16,789 nucleotides of DNA, taken from Candidatus Methylomirabilota bacterium (GTDB lineage Bacteria > Methylomirabilota > Methylomirabilia > Rokubacteriales > CSP1-6). Positions 1 through 6,649 of this stretch are shown in pieces; the first letter of the stretch is position 1, and each line of letters starts with the position of its first letter. A program made the translations under genes and the position numbers. The stretch is from assembly GCA_046726415.1 (NCBI GenBank), contig JBKPAK010000171.1, positions 1 to 16,789 of the forward strand, written 5' to 3'. The notes under the pieces are model-generated. The model saw nothing but the letters and a program-made list of their open reading frames with translations. It was not told the origin of the DNA and did not search any database.

Positions 1-426
1 CAGAGAGCAGGACAGAGAGAGGCGCCTTCATCAGCCTGACACTGTTCTTCGCGTAGCCGTCTCGGCGCTTGCTCAGGAGAAACGTCTTGATGTGCTGGCG
101 GTGAAGGTTGCGCAACCGGAGGTGGCCGAGGGCGGGCAGGACATATGTCTCCAGATTCTGCCGGTATCCGCGCACACGGTGTTCTTGTCCCTTTCGATCG
201 CGACGTCGGCGAGCCAACGGTCGGCGTAGTCACGAAGCGTGACGTCACGATCCGTCGCTTCCGGAAGCTCCTGGTCGACGATGCGGAGAATTTCGGTCGC
301 GTGCTGGTGCGCCTCGTCCTGGGAGGCGAAGAGTGGGCGGCGGCGTCGTCCGCTCCGATCGCGGTAGTCGACTTCCCAGACGCCCCGATCTTTACGGTGG
401 CGGATCTTGACGGTAGTCTTGGCCAT
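1..426 (-). pseudogene. Tyrosine recombinase/integrase, N-terminal part, frameshifted; runs off window start
   Basis: Arm-binding-like N-terminus (KDRGVWEVDYRDRSGRRRRPLF) followed by VTLRDYADRWL. Removing 2 nt from the CACA run at 173-176 gives KNTVRGYRQNLETYVLPALGHLRLRNLHRQHIKTFLLSKRRDGYAKNSVRLMKAPLSVLLS, a typical integrase core-binding (SAM-like) domain. Lies directly downstream of an excisionase-like gene. Confidence 0.85.
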
Positions 427-433
427 CGCTTGG

Positions 434-904
434 TCAGGTCATCAGAGATCGTCGCGGCCGACCGGCCGGACCCGTGAGAGAGCGAGGCCTGGCGTCTCCG
501 CGAGGATTCAGCGACTGTACGGGGAGCTGCGAGGTGCCGTCAACGTCACGGTTCTGGTACGCCAGCCACTGCCGCAATCCCGCAACCGGGATCATCCAGT
601 ACTTCCCGGACTTCGTCGCCGGGATCCGGCCGGTCCGGCACAGCTCGTGGACGTAGGCCGCCTTGAGGCTCAGGCTCTCGGCGACCTGCTGGGGCGTCAG
701 GTGCCGCAGTTCCTCGACGGGATCTATTGCGAGCGGTGCCGTCAGCGTGGCCGTCACGCTCACCAGGCGTTGCCAGAGGATGGCCTTGAGGCGCTCGAGA
801 CCGCCGAGGAGCTCGACGAGGTGTGGCAGCCCGGCGGTATTGATCGTGCGCTCCAGGGAGAGGAGCAGGTCGGTTTCGGGATCAGGTGAGGTGGTCGACG
901 TCAT
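434..904 (-). CDS. Excisionase-like winged-HTH (HTH_17/MerR-superfamily) DNA-binding protein, 156 aa
   Basis: Motif LTPQQVAESLSLKAAYVHELCRTGRIPATKSGKYWMIP. The ATG at 904 is preferred over the ORF-track start at 1123, whose extension runs through regulatory repeats. The stop is 7 nt upstream of the integrase start. Confidence 0.85.
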   Translation of the reverse strand: MTSTTSPDPETDLLLSLERTINTAGLPHLVELLGGLERLKAILWQRLVSVTATLTAPLAIDPVEELRHLTPQQVAESLSLKAAYVHELCRTGRIPATKSGKYWMIPVAGLRQWLAYQNRDVDGTSQLPVQSLNPRGDARPRSLTGPAGRPRRSLMT

Positions 905-963
905 CGCGCATCCCCGCGGACCACGCTGAAGTCGATCCTGTGATGAGCGGCTCGTAGTCGCAC
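901..963 (-). CDS. Putative 20-aa leader sORF (MRLRAAHHRIDFSVVRGDAR)
   Basis: GGAGG lies 6 nt before the GTG at 963, and its TGA overlaps the excisionase ATG (ATGA). Confidence 0.3.
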   Translation of the reverse strand: MRLRAAHHRIDFSVVRGDAR

Positions 964-992
964 TCAGCACCTCCGTTTCGCCGGCAAGACAC

Positions 993-1008
993 TGCAAGGA
1001 TTCGACCG
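993..1008 (-). promoter_or_regulatory. Putative sigma54 (-24/-12) promoter for the xis-int unit
   Basis: Minus strand reads CGGTCGAATCCTTGCA, i.e. GG-N10-GC with a TTGCA -12 box. The -24 box is degenerate. Confidence 0.35.
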
Positions 1009-1075
1009 CGCCGGGCCAACACCCGAAGTTCCGACGGGACGCAGCTTGGCGCGGTGCGAGCACGCTCGCTGGGCT

Positions 1076-1189
1076 CCGAAAACGACGCGAAACGACACGA
1101 AACGACAACGGCGCTGAAACCACGCGGGCTTATGCGTCAGCGGGGCTGCCCCAGACCCCGAAAACGACACGAAACGACACGAAACGACA
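1076..1189. repeat. Two 32-bp arrays (1076-1107, 1158-1189), each three tandem 10-bp units with consensus GAAACGACAC
   Basis: ccgaaaacgacgcgaaacgacacgaaacgaca versus ccgaaaacgacacgaaacgacacgaaacgaca, 31/32 identical with an 82-bp offset. The core AAACGAC occurs at 1080, 1090, 1100, 1162, 1172 and 1182. Confidence 0.95.
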
Positions 1190-1280
1190 CCACCCGCGGG
1201 TGCGTTCCCCCGGCACGCCTCGCGGCCTGATCGCTCTCATATCTCGCGGAGTTGCCCTCCCGCTCGCCGTCGCGCCACCG

Positions 1281-1296
1281 TGGCATCACTTCTGCC
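1281..1296 (+). promoter_or_regulatory. Putative sigma54 (-24/-12) promoter for the rightward small-gene cassette
   Basis: TGGCATCACTTCTGCC matches TGGCAC-N5-TTGC with exact GG-N10-GC spacing, about 57 nt upstream of ATG 1353. Confidence 0.5.
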
Positions 1297-1352
1297 TTGT
1301 CTCCCAGCGGCGCGGTGATCGTCGCAGATGGGCGCCGGGAGGCGTGAAGGTC

Positions 1353-1718
1353 ATGAAGATCGTCCACGGGTCGCTGACGGCGCTGCTTCACGAGGTCAAG
1401 GAGCGAAACGTCGAGGCTGTGCGCGTCGCGGCGTTCCTGCAGGGCAGCGACGTCGTCTCGAACGGCATTCCGCGCTACACGGCGTGGGTGGTGGTAACGA
1501 CGCAGCTCGATTGGAGCCTCTGGAGCGAGTGGCGTCTCCTAGTCGGGCGAGCCTACGCGGAGGTGACGGAGCACGGGGCCGCTGTTCCAGCACGGCTCGC
1601 TGAGCTCCAGAAGGAGAAGACCAGGGAGATTCGCGCGCGCGTGACTGAGGCCGGCCTCGGCGTGCGCGGCGGAATCCTCACCCACGACGCCGAGGCGTTG
1701 GACGGGGCTGTCCAGTGA
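1353..1718 (+). CDS. Hypothetical protein, 121 aa (paralog A of 2054-2422)
   Basis: ATG 1353 follows GGAGG/GAAGG. It aligns end to end with the 2054-2422 product, which supports both the start and the coding status. Confidence 0.85.
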   Translation: MKIVHGSLTALLHEVKERNVEAVRVAAFLQGSDVVSNGIPRYTAWVVVTTQLDWSLWSEWRLLVGRAYAEVTEHGAAVPARLAELQKEKTREIRARVTEAGLGVRGGILTHDAEALDGAVQ

Positions 1719-1749
1719 TGGCGATGCCGACTACCGGCTAGGCAAGGCC

Positions 1750-2010
1750 ATGCTGATGCCGGACCTTGACCTGATCAAGATGGTGTCGACGCTTGGCGTC
1801 GGCGGGCTGCTGGCGTGCGTGATCTTCATCTACTACCGCCTGGACTTTCTCCGGGAGCGCCAGAACCACCAGGCCGAGCGCGAGCGGCAGGCGAAGCGCG
1901 AGGAGCGTCTGCTCGAGGTGATCGAGCGGAACGCCACGGCGTCCGAGCGGCTGGCCGTCACGATGGAGAACCTGGCCCGGGCGCTGGAGCGCGACGGGCG
2001 GCGCTTATGA
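1750..2010 (+). CDS. Single-pass membrane protein with charged coiled-coil tail; BhlA/UviB holin-like
   Basis: One N-terminal TM segment (TLGVGGLLACVIFIYY) then ERQAKREERLLEVIERNATASERLA, the layout of BhlA/UviB-type holins. The family call is by resemblance only. Confidence 0.6.
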   Translation: MLMPDLDLIKMVSTLGVGGLLACVIFIYYRLDFLRERQNHQAERERQAKREERLLEVIERNATASERLAVTMENLARALERDGRRL

Positions 2011-2053
2011 GCCGCCCCCAGGCGAGTGACCACGCAGAAAGGACGCGCACGCG

Positions 2054-2422
2054 ATGAAGCTCCTCTTCGACTCTCTGGACGCGTTTCTTGCCGAGGTCCG
2101 CGACCGGAAGGTGGAGATCGTGCGCATCTCGCCGGCGCTCGCGATCGACACCGGCCGGCGGACCGCGGGGATCCCGCATCTGGTGAGTCGCGTGCTGGTG
2201 ACGGCTGCGCTCAACGAGCATCACTGGGCGGAGTGGCGCCGCTGGGTCGGCCGCGCCATGGCGGAGGTCGGCGACCGCGGACTGCATGTGCCGGCGTGGC
2301 TACGGGAGAAGCAGGACCGAGCGCTCGCCGAGGTCTCAAAGCGCGTGGACGCCGCCGGCCTTCTGATCCGCGAGGGGATTCTGACGCACGACACGGGCGT
2401 GATGGACAGCTTCCGGCTGTGA
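2054..2422 (+). CDS. Hypothetical protein, 122 aa (paralog B of 1353-1718)
   Basis: AAAGGA upstream. Shares the motifs MK...SL.A.L.EV, GIP, W.EWR..VGRA.AEV, VPA.L.E.Q and AGL..R.GILTHD with paralog A. Confidence 0.85.
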   Translation: MKLLFDSLDAFLAEVRDRKVEIVRISPALAIDTGRRTAGIPHLVSRVLVTAALNEHHWAEWRRWVGRAMAEVGDRGLHVPAWLREKQDRALAEVSKRVDAAGLLIREGILTHDTGVMDSFRL

Positions 2423-2487
2423 GGGCGGGCGCAGTGCACGGCGTACAGCAGCCGGCGGAGTCCGAAGTCGGTGCCAGCGAGGTGGCG

Positions 2488-2699
2488 ATGAGGGAGTGCC
2501 GATCGGGCAAGGTGCGGAAGATCATCGCGCTTAGAGGGCGCGCGCGGCAAAACTCAACGCGGACTACGAGGGGGTGCAGGGTCGCCTGGCGCCCACGAAG
2601 CACCGTGCGCGGCAACTGCTCGCCGAGGCCCAGATGCTGAAGGGAGCGCTCACCGCCTGCGAGCTGGCGGAGCTTCGTCGGGCGTGGAGCGGGGTGTAA
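2488..2699 (+). pseudogene. Small helical hypothetical protein (~69 aa) with a +2 frameshift
   Basis: GAGGT precedes ATG 2488. Removing one CG from the (GC)n run at 2538-2546 gives MRECRSGKVRKIIALRGRAAKLNADYEGVQGRLAPTKHRARQLLAEAQMLKGALTACELAELRRAWSGV ending at TAA 2697-2699. Confidence 0.5.
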
Positions 2700-2797
2700 C
2701 ACCCACGCAGATGGGCCATCCCGCGGAACTCGAAGTCCAGGTCAGCCCCGGGCCAGGGGCCGGCGTCTCGCCTGCAGGGCGGGATCGAGGCCGGGCG

Positions 2798-3170
2798 ATG
2801 GCGGTGCCAGCTCCTCCCCGCCGCGGCCCGGGGATCCTCGAGGTGACCCTCACGAAGGATGGTCGTCTCGCTGGACAGGGTCGAGCTCGAGCGGGTTGCG
2901 AAGGCCGTGGGGTCTGCAACCGACTGTTTCCTCTTCTGCCATGGGTGGCTGCACGACGAGGCCGAGGCGCACGAGGAGTCGGCGCGCTTCTTCGCGCTCC
3001 TCGATGGGGTGCTCGCCCCATTGCGCGAGCGAATCGTCCCGCTGCGCCTGGGACTCCACTGGCCATCAAAGCCGTTCGCCGCCGGCCAGCTGACGAAAGA
3101 CGCGTGGGCGACCGGGCTCTGGCCCGAGCTTGAACACCGCTTCGCAACACGGTCACGCCGACGCGCGAGC
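2798..3170 (+). pseudogene. Alpha/beta-hydrolase-fold protein, N-terminal fragment, frameshifted and truncated
   Basis: ILEVTLTKDGRL (frame of ATG 2798) joins SLDRVELERV...TDCFLFCHGWLHDEAEA...RFF...LGLHWPS via a frameshift near 2866-2869. FxHGW and HWPS motifs are present, but no nucleophile elbow appears before the sequence runs into the SDR remnant. Confidence 0.6.
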
Positions 3171-3177
3171 CAGTCTG

Positions 3178-3503
3178 ATTGTTCACGAGGCAGTCGATGC
3201 GGCCGCAGCGCTCGAGGACGGTGCCCACCATGCGCTCGACAGAGCCAGGATCGGCCACGTCGGTCGGCACGAAGAGAGAGTCGCGACCGCTTCGTGCCAG
3301 CGCCCGGGCGGATGCCCGGCCCAGCGCGCGCTGCTTCTCGGCCACGACCATGCGCCAGCCCGCGGCGGCGAAGGTCTCGGCCGTCGCTCGGCCGATGCCC
3401 GTCCGGCAGCGGTGACGACCACGACGGGCGCGTCGCCGCGTGACCTGCGACTTGCTCTCCGCTTCGCCGGGCTCACCGCCGTTCGCCTGGTCCGCCGCGC
3501 CAT
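3178..3503 (-). pseudogene. Short-chain dehydrogenase/reductase (SDR), N-terminal fragment
   Basis: PVVVVT/(frameshift)/TGIGRATAETFAAAGWRMVV...PTDVAD...GRIDCLVNN. The TGxxxGIG motif is broken near 3405-3412 and the gene ends at the NN(AG) motif, so YxxxK is missing. Confidence 0.85.
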
Positions 3504-3547
3504 CGACGCCGCCACGTTCCGCCTTCACGCCGGTCGCCGTGTCCGGC

Positions 3548-4138
3548 TCACATTCGTCTCGGGCGCGCCACCGTCTGGGTCACGCGCGCAGACAGATGGC
3601 GCTCGACCCACGCGCACACCTGGGCGGGCATGCCGTCGCGGTTGGCGCGCGTGATCTCCCAGAGCCCCACGTCGCGCCGCCGCTTGACCTCGTCTATGAA
3701 GCTGCTTCCACGCTGGCCGATCGTCGCCACGACCGGGGTGTCACCGTCGAGCAGCCCCCGCATCGCCGTCAAGAAGGCCGCGGACAGGCATTCCATCTTG
3801 CCGATCTCATCCACAAGGTAGAGGTCGATCCCGGGGCGCGCTGCCAGCGCCGACTGCGCGATCTCGTCGATCACCGCGACGTCCACGCCGTACTTGCCAA
3901 CACGCGGCCTGCCCGCGCGGTCCACGTGGGCCATGATCGCGCGCCGCCCATCGAACGTCACGAGCGCGAAGCCTTGCCGCTCTCGGCCGACGCGGATCTC
4001 CTCCGTGATGAAGCCGCCTAGGAGCAGGCGCCCCAGCGCGCGGGCCACGGCGCGCATGACCGTGGTCTTGCCGACGCCGGGCGCCCCGGTGAGCAGGAGC
4101 CGACCACCGAGATCCGGTTGTCTGCCGTCGCCGCTCAT
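3548..4138 (-). CDS. Nucleoside-triphosphatase, THEP1/NTPase_1 family, 196 aa
   Basis: Walker A LLTGAPGVGKTT, GGFITEEIR...RQGF, PRVGKYGVDV, Walker B LVDEIGKME and a C-terminal ITRANRD motif. Confidence 0.92.
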   Translation of the reverse strand: MSGDGRQPDLGGRLLLTGAPGVGKTTVMRAVARALGRLLLGGFITEEIRVGRERQGFALVTFDGRRAIMAHVDRAGRPRVGKYGVDVAVIDEIAQSALAARPGIDLYLVDEIGKMECLSAAFLTAMRGLLDGDTPVVATIGQRGSSFIDEVKRRRDVGLWEITRANRDGMPAQVCAWVERHLSARVTQTVARPRRM

Positions 4139-4349
4139 GTCACACATGGAGCACCAAGCCAGAAGCTCGCGCAAGACCGGCCGTAGGTCGCCGTGCAGAA
4201 GGTGGTCGGCGCGCCCGACATCGCCTAGGGCGAATGCACGCACCAGATGTACACGATCCTGGGACGGCGATCCACGCCCCAGCTTGAACACCCCCCGGTC
4301 GGTTCGCGTGAGCGAGCGCACGTGTGCCGGTCAGAAACCCCATCGGCCA

Positions 4350-4410
4350 GCCGTTGAGAAAGCCCGAGCCGAGTTGCGGCTTGACGTTGATCGAGAAGGT
4401 CGTCGGCCAT
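4350..4410 (-). pseudogene. Possible remnant of an excisionase/AlpA-type HTH gene
   Basis: GGAG then ATG 4410, giving MADDLLDQRQAATRLGLS, which resembles the first HTH helices. Similarity is lost afterwards. Confidence 0.3.
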
Positions 4411-4589
4411 TCGCGTTCTCCACGGAGCGCTCTACCGGCCCGGCGATTCGCTCCGCCTTCTTGGATGGTTCGTAGACAGATCAGGCCGCTTCATCCTCGG
4501 TGCGACGCCTTCCTTCGAGCGATCGGTCCCTCATTCTCCAGCGCTGTGATATCTCCCTCGCCCTGATCCCGAGGATTGCCCGCCCGCCG

Positions 4590-5121
4590 GAGGGGCTATC
4601 TCGTCGGTGAGTCAGTACACCGGCACGACGGGACCCGAGTGGTGTAAGTAGCTGGAGAGCGGACTGTCTGTGGGATAGACCACGGACGCCGGCTGGATCT
4701 CGTGCAGGGCCACGCCGGCGCCCTGGAGGGCGCGCAAGACCACGCTGCTTGATCACGCCCGCGGAGCGAAGGGGCCCTGCTGTTCGGCAACGCCTCCGAC
4801 AACACGGAAGGCAGGGGCGTCCTGACTATGGCGGCCATCAGTCTGCAGGACCTGAGGCGGAGGCTCTACATCAAGGCGAAGGCGGATAAGGACTGGCGGT
4901 TCTGGGGCCTGTATGTCCATGTGGTCAAGCTGGAGACGCTCCGCCCCGCGTACGACCTCGCCAAGCGCAACAACGGGGCGCCGGGCATCGACGGTGTGAC
5001 GTTCGAGGCGATCGAGACGGTCGGCGTCGAGGCGTTTCTGGTGCAACTGCGCGACGAGCTGGTCCAACGCAACTATCGGCCGCAGCGGAGCCGGAGAGTC
5101 GAGATCCCGAAGGACGGGGGA
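4590..5121 (+). mobile_element. Truncated group II intron (part of the 5' ribozyme plus start of the intron-encoded protein)
   Basis: Domain-III-like GCGGAGCGAAGGGGCCCTGCTG at 4761-4782 lies upstream of an RT ORF. No canonical domain V/VI follows. The 5' boundary is approximate. Confidence 0.75.
4828..5121 (+). pseudogene. ltrA: Group II intron reverse transcriptase/maturase, N-terminal ~98 aa only
   Basis: ISLQDLRRRLYIKAK...RFWGLYVHV...AYDLAKRNNGAPGIDGVTF...YRPQRSRRVEIPKDGG covers RT0 and the start of RT1. Similarity stops before R.LGIP, and there is no YADD. Confidence 0.92.
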
Positions 5122-5409
5122 ACGAGTTTCCGATCCCGTCGGCACCGGTCGCCGGCGCGGATGCCCGGGATCGGCAGAGGAGCTCGCCGAGAGCCGGGGC
5201 GGCGACAGCGCGCGCCGCCGCCGGCTCTGCGCCCTCAGGGCGCCGCGCTCCGTAAGGAATCCCAGCCCACCCCGGGCCAGCCGCGGTGATCATCACTCCG
5301 ACCCGCCGATGATCTTGACGGATTGAGTGCTGTAGGCAAGGTAGGATCTTGCCATTGCCAGTGGCTGGAACCCCTCGTTGATCGATCGCCTGCAAAGGAG
5401 GATCTCGCC

Positions 5410-6585
5410 ATGAGACATCGCCGCACGCTTTCGTGCCTGCTCGCGGTGGTGGTGTTGGCCTTCGGCCTGGCGGCCACGGCCAGCACCCAGTCGGTCGTCA
5501 AGCTGCCAATCGTCGCCGAGATCACGGGCGGCGGCGCCAGCGTCGGCGCCATGTGGCGTGATGCGGTCATGATGGCCATCGAGGAGATCAACCGGAAGGG
5601 CGGGATCCTCGGCATGCGGCTGGAGACCAGCGTGCAGGACACGCAGACCGACCCTCCGACCTCGGTGGCCGTCATGCGGCGCGTGCTCAACGACAAGCCC
5701 TTCGCGGTCTTCGGGACCGTGTATAGCTCGAGCACGGTCGCCAACATGGAGATCGCGCGGCAGGCCGGCGTCCCCCAGTTCACCGGATCGGAGTCCATCA
5801 TCATCACCCAGAAGGGCAACGACAACATCTTCCTGACCTCGTTCACCCAGGACACGGGGATGGCCAAGTTCGTCCGCTGGCTGCTGGACGACGTCAAGGC
5901 CGAAAAGATCGCGCTGGTCTGGGTGAACAACGCCTTCGGCAAGGGCGGCCGGGACATGTTCGTGCAGTTCATGAAGGAGCGGGGGAAGGCCCCGGTCGTC
6001 GACATCTCCACCGAGGTACAGCAGGCCGATTTCACCCCGGAGCTCACCAGGGTCCGCGGCTCGGGGGCCACCCACGTCGTGGTCTACAGCCACGAGGAAG
6101 AGAACGCGCGCTTCATGATCCAGCTCCGGAAGATGGCCCTCCAGGTCGAGCCGGTCGGCGAGACCACGCTGTGTACGCAAACGACCATCACGCCAGGCGG
6201 GGCCGCCGTCAACGGCGCCCGGTGTCACGTCGGGCTGGTGGCCACCGCGCCCCAGCCCGCGATGGTCGATTTCGGCCGCCGCTTCGGGGAGAAGTACGGC
6301 CGCGTGCCCGATCACAACGCGTACAAGGGCTACATCGGCGTGCACATGCTCAAGGCGGCCGTGCAACGTGTCGGCGCCTGGGACCAGGCAAAGGTCAGGG
6401 CCTGCCTGCACAACAACCTGTTCACCGCGACCGAGGAGCCCGGCCTGCTCATGGACGTCTGGGTGAACGAGAAGGGAAGCCTCGACCGCGAGAGCTTCAT
6501 CGTGGAGGTGAAGGATCAGCGGCCGGTGGTGGCCAAGACGGTACCGATGCTGCGCGGTGCCTACAAGGAGCGCCTCTGCAAGTAA
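5410..6585 (+). CDS. livK: Branched-chain amino acid (HAAT) ABC transporter substrate-binding protein, LivK-like, 391 aa
   Basis: AAGGAGG RBS, Sec signal peptide, AIEEINRKGGILG...DTQTDP, NNAFGKGG and DFTPEL motifs. First gene of the liv-type operon. Confidence 0.92.
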   Translation: MRHRRTLSCLLAVVVLAFGLAATASTQSVVKLPIVAEITGGGASVGAMWRDAVMMAIEEINRKGGILGMRLETSVQDTQTDPPTSVAVMRRVLNDKPFAVFGTVYSSSTVANMEIARQAGVPQFTGSESIIITQKGNDNIFLTSFTQDTGMAKFVRWLLDDVKAEKIALVWVNNAFGKGGRDMFVQFMKERGKAPVVDISTEVQQADFTPELTRVRGSGATHVVVYSHEEENARFMIQLRKMALQVEPVGETTLCTQTTITPGGAAVNGARCHVGLVATAPQPAMVDFGRRFGEKYGRVPDHNAYKGYIGVHMLKAAVQRVGAWDQAKVRACLHNNLFTATEEPGLLMDVWVNEKGSLDRESFIVEVKDQRPVVAKTVPMLRGAYKERLCK

Positions 6586-6649
6586 GACGGGCGGGACCGG
6601 CCGGACGGGCGGAGCCCGGCCACGCCCATCCCCGAGAGGAGCGCCGCGC

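Larger units (their letters stand above)
1..2699. mobile_element. Remnant of an integrative element / prophage-satellite-like module
   Basis: int-xis pair, divergent repeat-containing control region and small genes including a holin-like protein. Boundaries are uncertain and no att site is visible. Confidence 0.55.

Noticed and set aside
905-1123. 73-aa N-terminal extension of the excisionase (ORF-track start at 1123)
   Set aside because: It translates the repeat and promoter region, has low-complexity composition and lacks an RBS.
1076-1189. Mini-CRISPR interpretation (two 32-bp repeats with a 50-bp spacer)
   Set aside because: There are only two copies, each itself a 10-bp tandem array with no palindrome, and no cas genes or leader are present.
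1200-1352. N-terminal extension of the 1200-1718 ORF
   Set aside because: The paralog alignment starts at ATG 1353, which has an RBS, and the extension overlaps the putative promoter.
4139-4321. 61-aa N-terminal extension of the NTPase
   Set aside because: THEP1-family proteins start shortly before Walker A, and the extension has no recognisable motif.
4828-5289. RT as a retron, DGR or defence-associated RT, or as a complete 153-aa protein
   Set aside because: The N-terminus is typical of group II intron maturases. There is no catalytic YADD, the last ~55 aa are read-through into GC-rich hairpin DNA, and no TR/VR pair or msr-msd is evident.
5315-5358. sigma70 or sigma54 promoter for livK (TTGACG, TAGGAT, TTGC boxes)
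   Set aside because: The spacings do not fit: 21 nt between TTGACG and TAGGAT, and GG-to-GC distances of 9 or 11 rather than 10.
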